Source: Parcubacteria group bacterium (lineage in GTDB: Bacteria > Patescibacteriota > Minisyncoccia > Phycocordibacterales > UBA2100). From it: DNA of 64,000 nt. Below the pieces are notes generated by a model. It had not been told where the DNA came from. It did not search any database and saw nothing but the letters and a program-made list of their open reading frames with translations. This document shows positions 9,633 to 19,354 of the stretch, one piece after another (position 1 is the first letter of the stretch; every line of letters begins with the position of its first letter). A program made the translations under genes and the position numbers. Location of the stretch: positions 2,886 to 66,885 of the forward strand of contig CALRGX010000005.1 in assembly GCA_943358385.1 (NCBI GenBank), in the 5' to 3' direction.

Positions 9633-10295
9633 ATGAGACGACTCGTTGAAAGGAAAGGGCGGATGGGAGACATACTGCGGTGCCTCAAAGATATGTACGG
9701 TGAGCCAAAAACGGAACTGCACTACAAAAAACCCCACGAGCTTTTGTTCGCGGTCATGCTATCAGCACAGTGCACGGATGTACGAGTGAACATGGTAACG
9801 AAGACACTCTTTAAAAAATATGCAACCTTGGCCGATTACGCGGCTGCCTCGCAGTCTGACATGCGCACCGCAATCACTTCGATAAGCTACCCAAATAATA
9901 AGGCGCAACATATCCGTGAGACTGCACAGATACTTTTGCGCGACTTCAAAGGGAAGGTGCCAGCAGTAATGGAAGATCTACTGACGCTCAAAGGAGTGGC
10001 TCGCAAGACCGCCAACGTGGTGCGTGGTGAGCTCTATGATGTCTGGGACGGTATCGCGATAGACACGCACGTAAAGCGGTTTGTGAAAAAATTTGATTTG
10101 TCTGACGCGACCACTAGTGATGGTATGGAGAAAGACCTCATGCTTCTCAATGCGCCTCACCATTGGAAGTATGTAAACAATGGATTGGTGCTGTATGGCC
10201 GCTATGTGTGCAAAGCAATTAAGCATGATTGTGATGAGCATCCACTCACCCAGTTGTGGCCGCCAGCAGAGAAAAGGTGGCCGAAGGCGAGTTAG
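9633..10295 (+). CDS. nth: Endonuclease III with degenerate Fe-S motif
   Basis: LSAQCTDVRVN, GVARKTANVV, IDTHV. Confidence 0.9.
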   Translation: MRRLVERKGRMGDILRCLKDMYGEPKTELHYKKPHELLFAVMLSAQCTDVRVNMVTKTLFKKYATLADYAAASQSDMRTAITSISYPNNKAQHIRETAQILLRDFKGKVPAVMEDLLTLKGVARKTANVVRGELYDVWDGIAIDTHVKRFVKKFDLSDATTSDGMEKDLMLLNAPHHWKYVNNGLVLYGRYVCKAIKHDCDEHPLTQLWPPAEKRWPKAS

Positions 10296-10358
10296 CACGA
10301 GCTTCTCTATAGCAGGAAATGGCCGAGCTAAAAGCTCGGCCATTCAATTCAGTGCGGG

Positions 10359-10682
10359 TCAGCAATTGCCGCCACGCACATGATCAGGGCTGATGGTGAA
10401 GCGCATACCTTTCGGCGCCGCAAGGGGAGGGAATCGATTCGCGAGTAGTTGATCGATAAACTCGGTCGCTTCCTTCGTCCGGTGGAGCGCGTTGAGCATG
10501 TCGTTGATGCTGCCGGTGTGGATAGCAATCGCAATGAATGCGTCTTGCCATGATCTGTGGCCACGCCGCGTTGCATAGTCAGCCGCCGCGCTGATGAGCC
10601 TTTCCTGTTCACTATGTGGGAGATCTGTTTGAATGCGTCCCGCAACGTATGCTCGATCTGCTTCGGTGATATTGATGGTCAT
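10359..10682 (-). CDS. Hypothetical protein (orphan cassette)
   Basis: GAGGG upstream of ATG; hairpin at about 10318-10344 after the stop. Confidence 0.6.
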   Translation of the reverse strand: MTINITEADRAYVAGRIQTDLPHSEQERLISAAADYATRRGHRSWQDAFIAIAIHTGSINDMLNALHRTKEATEFIDQLLANRFPPLAAPKGMRFTISPDHVRGGNC

Positions 10683-10798
10683 GAGACACCCTCTTTCGCT
10701 GGTCCTCGTAACACCATACGCGCGTTGCATACTTCACGCAATGTTCAGCTGTGTAATGTATGAAGAGGGCCGCCTGTAATACAGGCGGCCCCATCTAT

Positions 10799-11077
10799 TC
10801 AATCCCACCGCAGCCCCAGTACTTCGTTGCTGCGAGGGAAGAGCTCGTCCCGAAGTGCGTGACCGATCGCCTTACCCACTTCATGGCGCAGGGCGGTGAC
10901 GGCAAGAAAGTCGTCAATAGTTTGGTTGCTGGCCGTGCAGTGGCGCTCCACTGCGAGTGCGACCGCTTCTTCTGCATTCTGCAGCCCTTCCTTCTGTGCG
11001 AAGGCATCAGCCGCTTTTCGTATCGTTTTCTGTTCGTCTGCGGGGAGTGCGAATACCGCTTTCACGGATGGATGCAT
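10799..11077 (-). CDS. Hypothetical protein (orphan cassette)
   Basis: GGAG SD; hairpin at about 10766-10792. Confidence 0.6.
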   Translation of the reverse strand: MHPSVKAVFALPADEQKTIRKAADAFAQKEGLQNAEEAVALAVERHCTASNQTIDDFLAVTALRHEVGKAIGHALRDELFPRSNEVLGLRWD

Positions 11078-11161
11078 GCCTTTTTCTCCGAGTGGACTTG
11101 AGGCAATGTATAACAACTACTGAGATTAGCCAAGGGACCCTAGGTTAGGTACCATGAGGCT

Positions 11162-11851
11162 ATGGAGAAGCGCAAAGTGGCGGTGTTTGATGTAGACGGT
11201 ACGATTTTCCGCTCGTCACTCTTTGTTGAATTGGTGGAGGCGCTGATGGCTAAGGGAGTGTTTCCATCGGCGGCACGCAAGCTCTATGATCGGGAGTATC
11301 GCACCTGGATCGAGCGTGAGGGCGACTATGAAGCCTACATTGCGGCGATGGTGAAAGCGTTCCGCCGAAATATCAAAGGCATTCACTACGGAGAGTTTAA
11401 AGACATTGCTCGCGAAGTGGCAAATCTAAAGTGGAAGAAATCATATCGCTACACGCGTGACCTCACCCAGGATCTTAAAAAACGAGGCTACTATCTCCTT
11501 GCCATATCGCACTCGCCAAAAACCATCATCGACTACTTTTGCCCGAAACTCGGCTTTGATAAAGCCTATGGCATGGTGTACGAGCTGGGACCACAAGACC
11601 GATTCACCGGATCAGTGATGGATGAGCATGTCATTTTGAATAAGGCCAATATTCTGAAGCGGGCTATTGAAAAAGAGAACCTCACGCTTGAAGGTTCTAT
11701 TGGTGTAGGTGACACTGAATCCGATATTCCATTTTTGGAACTCGTCGATCACCCCATCTGTTTCAATCCAAACCAAAAGCTCTATCGGCATGCAAAAATT
11801 AACGCATGGAAGGTGGTGGTAGAGCGTAAAGACGTCGTCTACGAGCTATGA
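11162..11851 (+). CDS. HAD-IB family phosphatase
   Basis: FDVDGT and GDTESD motifs. Confidence 0.9.
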   Translation: MEKRKVAVFDVDGTIFRSSLFVELVEALMAKGVFPSAARKLYDREYRTWIEREGDYEAYIAAMVKAFRRNIKGIHYGEFKDIAREVANLKWKKSYRYTRDLTQDLKKRGYYLLAISHSPKTIIDYFCPKLGFDKAYGMVYELGPQDRFTGSVMDEHVILNKANILKRAIEKENLTLEGSIGVGDTESDIPFLELVDHPICFNPNQKLYRHAKINAWKVVVERKDVVYEL

Positions 11852-12552
11852 AATGGATACTGCTTGTTTTGGCGGTGTGGGGGGTGTATGCGTATCTGCA
11901 TGTGGCACCTCGGCTGCGCGCAGCGGCAGTGACCGTCGCTCAGACGAAGCCCTACACACGTGGAGAGGCGCCAAAAGGTACGGCACTTTTGGTGGTGGGT
12001 GATAGTACTGCCTATGGTGTGGGTGCAGAAACGCCTGCCGTTTCTACGGCAAGCCGAGTAGGAGATGCGCTCGGGGCCTCAGTTGAAAACTATGCTCGCT
12101 CGGGCGGGAAAACTCGTGAAGTACTCGCCCAACTTAACAAAGCGCAGAAGGAAAAGTATGACGTGATTTTGATTCAAGTGGGCGCAAACGATATCATGCA
12201 GTTTTCCAGTAGTGTACAAACACAGGCAGAGCTCGATGTGGCGCTGCAACGAGCAAAAGAGCTCTCCAGCACCGTTGTATTGCTCACCTGTGGAGATATC
12301 GGAGCGGCGCCCCTCTGGCCATGGCCGGTAGGGTACCTGTACACGTATCGAGCACAAGTTCTACGAGAAAAGTTTATGAGCACGGCGCAAAAGTACGGTG
12401 TCCACTATGTCGATTTGCTGACCAAGCCCGACACGTACTCCACCGACCCTGCTCGGTACTATGTGCCTGATGGGTTGCATCTTTCCGGCGAAGGGTACGC
12501 GTTGTGGGCACAATATATACAGGAGATGATCAGCCATGCCGACACACCGTAG
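11848..12552 (+). CDS. SGNH/GDSL lipase-esterase, membrane anchored
   Basis: GDSTAYG, GAND, DGLH. Confidence 0.9.
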   Translation: MKWILLVLAVWGVYAYLHVAPRLRAAAVTVAQTKPYTRGEAPKGTALLVVGDSTAYGVGAETPAVSTASRVGDALGASVENYARSGGKTREVLAQLNKAQKEKYDVILIQVGANDIMQFSSSVQTQAELDVALQRAKELSSTVVLLTCGDIGAAPLWPWPVGYLYTYRAQVLREKFMSTAQKYGVHYVDLLTKPDTYSTDPARYYVPDGLHLSGEGYALWAQYIQEMISHADTP

Positions 12553-13342
12553 TGTTCGCCACGCAGTGCTCGAGTATTTTAAAAAGCATGGTCGTGCGCA
12601 CCTTCCCTGGCGCAAGACCACAAAAGCCTATCGCATTCTCGTATCAGAAATTATGCTACAGCAGACGCAGGTGGATAGAGTGATGCCATTTTACAAAAAC
12701 TTTCTGAAACAATTTCCGACGCCAGCAGTGCTTTCTCAAGCACCACGTTCTGACGTCCTAAAGGCATGGAGTGGCCTTGGCTATAATCGCCGTGCAAAAT
12801 TCTTGCACGAAGCGGCAAGAGCTATGGTGATGCGGCATAGGGGAAAGGTGCCTCAAGGCTACGACGAGCTGAGAGCTCTTCCTGGCGTGGGGGAATACAC
12901 TGCAAAGGCAGTACGGGTATTTGCACACAATGAACCAGAGGTCCTCATTGAAACGAATGTGCGCACCGTAATTATCCACCACTACTTTCAGAAACAGGCG
13001 CACGTATCCGAACCGGCGCTCCTCGACATCGCGACCCATCTCGCCGCAGGGCAAGACCCTCGCACCTGGCATGGGGCGCTCATGGATTATGGAACACATC
13101 TCAAGGCAACCCATGGTAACCTGTCGCGCAAGAGTGCTCAGTACACCAAGCAAAAGCCGTTTAAGGGGTCCCTGCGCGAAGTGCGGGGCGCCGTACTAAA
13201 AGTGCTGCACCCAGGCGCTGCAACACAAAAAGCGCTGCAGAAAGCTCTGCCGCAAGAACTCCACGATCGTCTCGATGCAGCGCTTCTACAACTCCAAAAA
13301 GAAGGACTTATTACCAAGGACAAAGGGACGTTTCGCACTTAG
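12536..13342 (+). CDS. mutY: A/G-specific adenine glycosylase lacking Fe-S cysteines
   Basis: LPWR, VSEIMLQQT, WSGLGYNRRA, LPGVGEYTA. Confidence 0.9.
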   Translation: MPTHRSVRHAVLEYFKKHGRAHLPWRKTTKAYRILVSEIMLQQTQVDRVMPFYKNFLKQFPTPAVLSQAPRSDVLKAWSGLGYNRRAKFLHEAARAMVMRHRGKVPQGYDELRALPGVGEYTAKAVRVFAHNEPEVLIETNVRTVIIHHYFQKQAHVSEPALLDIATHLAAGQDPRTWHGALMDYGTHLKATHGNLSRKSAQYTKQKPFKGSLREVRGAVLKVLHPGAATQKALQKALPQELHDRLDAALLQLQKEGLITKDKGTFRT

Positions 13343-14490
13343 CGAGTGTCTTTCAAAAGGAGTGTGACGGGAAGACCAATCAAGAGAATCAACGCACCCA
13401 AGAGACCAAAGAGTACGTCTATACTGGTAAAGACCAGAAGTACTCCAACGATGAGCGGCGTGATGACATACGATAGAGGAAAAAGAATACGGAAGGCGCT
13501 CACGATACCTGCATCAGCTCCTTTCATGTGTTTGAAAAAGTAGACATCGCTCATGATTTCAATACTTGCCGCACCAATACGCGTGGTAAACAAAAGAGCC
13601 GTCCAGACCCAAAAAGTGTGCACCGTGATGAAGGGAATGGCGAGCGTGGAAAGGCCCATAATAAGCAGCCCCGCAAAGAGAAATTCTTTTTCGCCAAAAC
13701 GCGTGTCGGCAAGAAAACCGAGCGGCAGTTGTATCAAGACGAAAGGAGCCATGGCAATAGAAAAAATGAGCCCCATTTCCGCAAGGCTAAATCCGAGATG
13801 AACGGTGAGGTACACCGGCATGTATACGACCATGAGGGCGCTAAACATGCGCATAACTGCCTGCACTATAAATATGTGGCGTACATCGCGTTTCTTTTTA
13901 AGCGTCTGGATGAGCGCCGGTATCGCGAGTGGGTGATAGCGGGCCTCGGGAATGTGGCGCAGGCCAAAGTGGACGATCATGAGGCACAAGAGCAGTACGA
14001 AGCTCCCAAACGCATAGAGCCCTGCGTAACCATGCAGAGTAACAAGGAGCGCGGCGAAGCCAGGGACGATGACAAATGCGAGGTTAGAGGCTGTATAGAA
14101 GACGCCACGCAAAAGTCCGGTGTCGCCTTCGTGTTTGGTCGTCTGCTCGATGAATATGTCGAGGGATGTGTACAGAATGAGGCTGCAGACGGTGTTGATC
14201 ACAAATGCGATGAGTGCACCCAGCGGTGTTGCGAGCGGGATGGCAATCAGAGAGAGTGCGGCACACGCAAGTGCGACGAAAGTGACGCGCCGGTTACCAT
14301 ACTTGTGCATGGCATACGGTGAGAGTATGAGGCCGAGGATGGTGGCGCTGTAGGCAATGATGAAGAACCAGCCGATCTCATGCTCGGTAAATCCTATTTC
14401 TACCAAAAGAGGTGTGGTGTAGAACGCGGTAATAGCGAGTACGCCGAAGAAAAGGAACTCGAACGCAAGGAGCGGGCGATGAATCTGCAT
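13339..14490 (-). CDS. MFS transporter
   Basis: About 12 TM segments; GFLADTRFGEK motif A. Confidence 0.85.
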   Translation of the reverse strand: MQIHRPLLAFEFLFFGVLAITAFYTTPLLVEIGFTEHEIGWFFIIAYSATILGLILSPYAMHKYGNRRVTFVALACAALSLIAIPLATPLGALIAFVINTVCSLILYTSLDIFIEQTTKHEGDTGLLRGVFYTASNLAFVIVPGFAALLVTLHGYAGLYAFGSFVLLLCLMIVHFGLRHIPEARYHPLAIPALIQTLKKKRDVRHIFIVQAVMRMFSALMVVYMPVYLTVHLGFSLAEMGLIFSIAMAPFVLIQLPLGFLADTRFGEKEFLFAGLLIMGLSTLAIPFITVHTFWVWTALLFTTRIGAASIEIMSDVYFFKHMKGADAGIVSAFRILFPLSYVITPLIVGVLLVFTSIDVLFGLLGALILLIGLPVTLLLKDTR

Positions 14491-14517
14491 CGCCTTCAGT
14501 GTAACACCGTAGGATGC

Positions 14518-16398
14518 TTAGACGCTGACAATAACGGGGATGACAATCGGGTTTTTGTGCGTCTGTTGCAAGAGGAATCGTGCGACTGCATCCGAGAGGT
14601 CATCACGTGCGCGATCCAAGTCGCCACCTTTTGGTGGGCGCATCGATGTTTCTACACTCTTGCGCACAATGAGTCGCGTTTGATCCATCAATTCTTTGTT
14701 GTCACGCAGATACACAAAGCCACGCGAGATGATGTCGGGAGATTTGTGCAAGCGGCCGGTGCGGCGGTCAATGGTAGCCACCACCACGCAGAATCCGTCT
14801 TGCGAGAGCGCTTTGCGATCGCGCATCAACACATCAGAGAGTTCGCTGATTGATTGACCTTCCACGACGCGCAAACCAGCGGCAACTTTTTCTTTCAAGA
14901 GGACGAGTTTGTTGCCACCATCCTGGATTTCAACAATGGAGCTGTTGTCCGGAATGACAATGTGGTTGCGCGGGATTCCCGTAGCTTCCATCATCAGCTC
15001 GCCATGTGCGCGGAGCATGTAGTGGTGCCCGTGTTGTGGCATGAAGTACTTTGGTTTGATCTGCTGGTGAATCCAACGAGCTTCTTCACGGTTTCCGTGG
15101 CCTGAGGCGTGTACATCGGATGCCTGGTAAGTGATGATGCGCGCGCCTTGGCGTGCGAGCTGGTCTTTCAAGCGCTGCACTGAGCGTTCGTTTCCTGGGA
15201 TGACCGACGAAGAAAGCACGATAGTGTCCTCTGGGGTGAGGCGAATCTGTTTGTGCACTTTGTTGCCGATACGCATCAAAGAGGCGAATTCGTCTCCCTG
15301 GGCACCGGTTGCAAGGATGACGACCTTTTCCTTCGGGTATTCCTCCATATGATCGACTGATACCACCGTGTCATCTTTGTGTTTCAAGATGCCGAGCTCG
15401 CGCACGATTTCGATGTTGGTGCGCATTGAGCGACCGTCGACGATAATTTTCTTGCCACATCGCTCGGCAATCATCACGATGTTCATGAGGCGCTCGAGCT
15501 GGGAGGCAAAGGTACCAATGATGATGCGGCCGTTTGTTTCCGTAATGATTTTTTCGAGCGTGTGGTGCACGATGCGCTCGGGGATAGACCAGCCTGGTCG
15601 GTCGACGTTGGTTGAGTCCATCAACAGCATGAGCGACTTTCGATTCTTGAATGTTTCGAACTCGCGTACTTCGTTTTCTGCTACTACCGTGTTCTCGTGA
15701 TCGAGTTTGATGTCACCCGTGACGACGACGTCGCCGTAGGGTGTTTCGATGATGATACCCATGGCATCCGGAATGGTGTGCGTCACGGCAAAGAAACAGA
15801 CCTTCAAGCTGCCAATCTGTACCGTTTCGTTGCCCTCTACTTCACGGATGATGGGCGCGGGGAGGTATGAGAACTCTTCTTGGCGCTTCTTGATCATCAT
15901 GCCAGTGAGCTTGCGCGTATAAATCGGCGGGTGGCCGATGCGATCAATGATGTACGGAATACCACCGATGTGATCGAGGTGACCGTGCGAAATGATCAAT
16001 GCACGAATCTTATCTTTGTTGTCTTCGAGATATTGCGTGTTGGGAAGGATGTAGTCGACACCGGGAGTGTTTTCGTTTTCGCCGAAACCAAAACCACAGT
16101 CAACGACAATGATCTCGCCGCGGAATTCAATCGCGGTCATGTTGCGGCCGATTTCTTCCACACCACCGAGAGGAATGATACGGATAGCATCATCGGCAAG
16201 TGGCGGAATGGTGTCTTGGTGTGCACGATTCATGACACCTTCGCGCATAGGGTGCTTGTGCGGATTGCGCGGTGGGCGCAGACGGCGGCCATTGCCACCG
16301 CCACGTGGCGGACGCGAGCCTGCGCCACCACCTTTGTGTGGTGGGCGTGGGCCACGAGGGCCGCGTGCATCTCCCGCTGGTCGTTGTTGAGGGTTCAT
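14518..16398 (-). CDS. rnj: Ribonuclease J
   Basis: LGGVEEIGRNM, HGHLDHIG, HASGH; basic low-complexity N-terminal extension. Confidence 0.95.
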   Translation of the reverse strand: MNPQQRPAGDARGPRGPRPPHKGGGAGSRPPRGGGNGRRLRPPRNPHKHPMREGVMNRAHQDTIPPLADDAIRIIPLGGVEEIGRNMTAIEFRGEIIVVDCGFGFGENENTPGVDYILPNTQYLEDNKDKIRALIISHGHLDHIGGIPYIIDRIGHPPIYTRKLTGMMIKKRQEEFSYLPAPIIREVEGNETVQIGSLKVCFFAVTHTIPDAMGIIIETPYGDVVVTGDIKLDHENTVVAENEVREFETFKNRKSLMLLMDSTNVDRPGWSIPERIVHHTLEKIITETNGRIIIGTFASQLERLMNIVMIAERCGKKIIVDGRSMRTNIEIVRELGILKHKDDTVVSVDHMEEYPKEKVVILATGAQGDEFASLMRIGNKVHKQIRLTPEDTIVLSSSVIPGNERSVQRLKDQLARQGARIITYQASDVHASGHGNREEARWIHQQIKPKYFMPQHGHHYMLRAHGELMMEATGIPRNHIVIPDNSSIVEIQDGGNKLVLLKEKVAAGLRVVEGQSISELSDVLMRDRKALSQDGFCVVVATIDRRTGRLHKSPDIISRGFVYLRDNKELMDQTRLIVRKSVETSMRPPKGGDLDRARDDLSDAVARFLLQQTHKNPIVIPVIVSV

Positions 16399-16413
16399 AG
16401 TCGTTGTTATTCG

Positions 16414-18177
16414 TTACAGTTGTTTAGAATCAGTGATAAATATATCCCACACACGTTCAGTCTCACGGTGCCACTCGTAGACATTCGCAAACCGTTCAGA
16501 AGCAGTAGTCAGAGTACCCAGGGACACACCGAAAAGGTCATCAGGGATACTATAGATGAACTCTGGTACGTAGAGGAAGATGGCAGGAACATCTTCTTCA
16601 ACTGTTGCTGCGAACTCTAGCAGCTTTTCCTTGCGAAGGGAAGGGTCGGTCTCGCGGCGGGCTTCCGTAAGGAGACGGTCAGCTTTCGCATTGGCATAGA
16701 GAGAAAGATTGAGGCCTGGGTCATTTCGCTGTGACGAGTGCCAAAAAGCATATAAATCTGCACCACGCCCCACTACCTCGCCAAAAAGGAGTGCCTCGTA
16801 CTCACGTGGGCGAATGACGGTGGTGTTTAAATCTCCCGTTGAGAACACCTTTATGGTGACCGTCGCGCCAAGAGAACGCCACGTCTGTGCCAAGGCTTCA
16901 GCAGTTTGCGACAATTCTGGCGTGTCGGCGGTGGTCAATGAAAAAGCGAGCGCAGTACCTTTTTTGTTGACGCGCACCTGCTTTGCTTCATCCATAACCC
17001 AGCCCGCTTTTTCCAGGATGGCGCGTGCTGCAACAAGACGTTCCTCGGATGTTACTGGTGTGGTAGGTGGTGCGGGTGTTGGTGCAATGTTTTTAGGCAA
17101 TGGGCCGGTTACTGCTTCGCCATAGCCAGAAAGAGAGGTGGCAATGAGGGCCTCGCGATCAACCGCCGTGTTCAGTGCTCGACGTACCTCTTTTTCAATA
17201 AGCACTGGTGATTTCGCTTCGTTTATGAAGACGGCGAAGACGCGAGGGAGCGGTGTGCGAATCACATTCGTGCCTTCAGGGAGGACCGAAGGGGTTATCG
17301 CGGCGATACTTTCGATATCGCGCTTTTCAAGTGCCTTAAGTGCGTCGTCTTCGTTTGCGTACACATGCAGAGTGATTCTTTTGATGTACGGCACCCCTAG
17401 AGTGAAGTCTTCAAAAGAGCGGAGAGAATATTCGATAGGGGCACCTGAAGAATCTTCACGCACGTCGTCAATGCGATACGGGCCGCTACCGACAGGCTTT
17501 TTATTTAGTTGGTGAAATGGGAAATCTGCAGGGCTCACGTTTTCCCACAGGTGCGCAGGGAGGATGCCGAGAGTCGTGGCTTCGAGGAATGGTGCATATG
17601 CGCGTGGCAGAGTGAATTTCACCGACACGGGATCAATTGCTTCTACGTGGACACCGTCCCACTCTGCGCGCTTCACACTTTTTATATCAGGATGCTGGGC
17701 GGCCGTAACGGTGAACACAATGTCTGCTGAAGTAACTGGCGTACCATCGTGGAAGGTTGCATCCGAGCGTAGGGTAAAGAGGTAGGTGATGCCGTCTTCT
17801 GATACTTCTACACCCTCTGCGATGTCGGGCGTGAGTGAACCGTCTGGAAGAGAACGCATCAAGCCGGAATAGACGAGCGCACTCACGTCTTTGTCGGTGT
17901 CGGATGCGGCAAGGAGTGGGTTCGCGAATCGAGAAGTTCCCACTACTCCTTCGGTAAGCGACCCACCTTGGGTAGGAATAGGATTAGTTACTTCGTAGTT
18001 TATGAGTGCAAGCATCCCAAATGCGCTCGCGGCGAGTATAAAAGAAAGTATGTAGAGCGTGAGGCGTTCGAACGGGGAGAAGGTGGGAAGGAGCGATTCG
18101 AGTTGTTGCAGAAATGCAAAACGACGCTCAGACACGAGAGGGTTAAGGATTGGTTCATGTGGTGGAGGAAAATCCAT
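16414..18177 (-). CDS. Peptide ABC transporter substrate-binding protein (family 5)
   Basis: FHDGTPVTSADIVFT, PVGSGPY; start uncertain. Confidence 0.85.
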   Translation of the reverse strand: MDFPPPHEPILNPLVSERRFAFLQQLESLLPTFSPFERLTLYILSFILAASAFGMLALINYEVTNPIPTQGGSLTEGVVGTSRFANPLLAASDTDKDVSALVYSGLMRSLPDGSLTPDIAEGVEVSEDGITYLFTLRSDATFHDGTPVTSADIVFTVTAAQHPDIKSVKRAEWDGVHVEAIDPVSVKFTLPRAYAPFLEATTLGILPAHLWENVSPADFPFHQLNKKPVGSGPYRIDDVREDSSGAPIEYSLRSFEDFTLGVPYIKRITLHVYANEDDALKALEKRDIESIAAITPSVLPEGTNVIRTPLPRVFAVFINEAKSPVLIEKEVRRALNTAVDREALIATSLSGYGEAVTGPLPKNIAPTPAPPTTPVTSEERLVAARAILEKAGWVMDEAKQVRVNKKGTALAFSLTTADTPELSQTAEALAQTWRSLGATVTIKVFSTGDLNTTVIRPREYEALLFGEVVGRGADLYAFWHSSQRNDPGLNLSLYANAKADRLLTEARRETDPSLRKEKLLEFAATVEEDVPAIFLYVPEFIYSIPDDLFGVSLGTLTTASERFANVYEWHRETERVWDIFITDSKQL

Positions 18178-18217
18178 ATGGGCGAGGCAATGCCTCTCTG
18201 TATACAAGAGAGGAAGC

Positions 18218-18448
18218 TTACACGAACAAGCTCATGAGCGCTGAAAGCGCAAAGAGGATGCCAAGCACTATGGTGCTGCGGAAAAGCGTCTTCTCGAAAC
18301 CGCGTCGGGTATGAAAACCTGACGAGAAGTTATCTGCGCCGAATGCACCACCAAGGCTGGCGCCAGTGCGTTGCATAAGAACGACGAATATAAGAAGCGC
18401 CGATAGGGTGAGCTGTATGTAGGGGAGATACCCCGCGAGTGTTGACAT
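18218..18448 (-). CDS. secG: Preprotein translocase subunit SecG
   Basis: VLMQ...LGGAFG...TRRGFEKTL. Confidence 0.9.
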   Translation of the reverse strand: MSTLAGYLPYIQLTLSALLIFVVLMQRTGASLGGAFGADNFSSGFHTRRGFEKTLFRSTIVLGILFALSALMSLFV

Positions 18449-18518
18449 CGAACATAGGGTACCAAAAGCGGACTAGGAAGTCAAAAGCGGTAGGCTAGAA
18501 ATCATGTATGCATAAAGG

Positions 18519-18547
18519 ATGGCTGGAACCCTTCGGGTTCCAGCCAT
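18519..18547 (-). terminator. Stem-loop after orphan gene
   Basis: ATGGCTGGAACCC-TTC-GGGTTCCAGCCAT. Confidence 0.7.
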
Positions 18548-18551
18548 GAAT

Positions 18552-18800
18552 TCACTCGACGAAGCCTGGTTGCACGGTGCGTGGCGCACTGTGTTGCCCG
18601 AGGAGTCGTTCGGGCGCCAGGCCTGAGCCCGGGCAGTGTGCGCGTAGTTCTGAGGCGTGCTCGCACATCACATACGCCTCTTCATCGGGAAGGTGTGCGG
18701 TGTTTTTGCCGTCACGATCAGGATAACCGACGAAGCGTGTGGCATGGACCGTTTTGCAAGTGACGCAGATACCCAAGACGTAGGGGAATTCGGAAGCCAT
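18552..18800 (-). CDS. Small putative Zn-binding hypothetical protein (orphan cassette)
   Basis: CxxC...H...CPGSG; GGAG SD; TTGACA-N17-TATTTT on the minus strand (18867-18839). Confidence 0.6.
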   Translation of the reverse strand: MASEFPYVLGICVTCKTVHATRFVGYPDRDGKNTAHLPDEEAYVMCEHASELRAHCPGSGLAPERLLGQHSAPRTVQPGFVE

Positions 18801-18868
18801 TAATTCTCTCCGCTATGTTCTGTTGCTGTGCTGAATTCAAAATACGTATCTAAAAAGATACTGTCAAG

Positions 18869-18897
18869 TTGGCAATACAGCCCGTGGTGCCTATAAT
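18869..18897 (+). promoter_or_regulatory. Sigma70-type promoter for groESL
   Basis: TTGGCA-N17-TATAAT. Confidence 0.65.
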
Positions 18898-18970
18898 TCA
18901 ACACGTTCTGCGTGCGCAGTGTCGCGTGCGCGGCAAACCATTTATTCGCTCAGTGTAAATACAATTTCAT

Positions 18971-19294
18971 ATGGCAAAGAAAGAAGCGAACAAGAGTGCG
19001 AAAGGAATAACTCCCTTAGGGGACCGCGTGCTCATAAGGCCGCTTGAGGCAGATACCAAAACGCCATCAGGCATTATTATTCCTGACTCAGCAAAGAAGA
19101 AGGAATCAAAGCAAGGGACGGTCATCGCATTGGGTGCTGGTAAGGTCTTGGAGAACGGCACGGTTCGCCCGATAGACGGTATTACCGTTGGTGACACGGT
19201 GTTGTATCGCCAAGGCTGGGACAACGAGGTTGAGATTGACGATGAAAAACATTACCTCATCTCTGAGAGCGACGTGCTTGCAGTAATCGCATAG
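18971..19294 (+). CDS. groES: Co-chaperonin GroES
   Basis: PLGDRVLI, TPSGIIIPDSAK. Confidence 0.97.
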   Translation: MAKKEANKSAKGITPLGDRVLIRPLEADTKTPSGIIIPDSAKKKESKQGTVIALGAGKVLENGTVRPIDGITVGDTVLYRQGWDNEVEIDDEKHYLISESDVLAVIA

Positions 19295-19354
19295 TGTTCC
19301 TGTGCGGGCACAAGCCCGTGCACTACCAACTACCAAAACTATCAACTACTACTT

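Noticed and set aside
18869-18897. CIRCE element before groES
   Set aside because: The match to TTAGCACTC-N9-GAGTGCTAA is poor and the spacing is wrong; it is better read as a plain sigma70 promoter.
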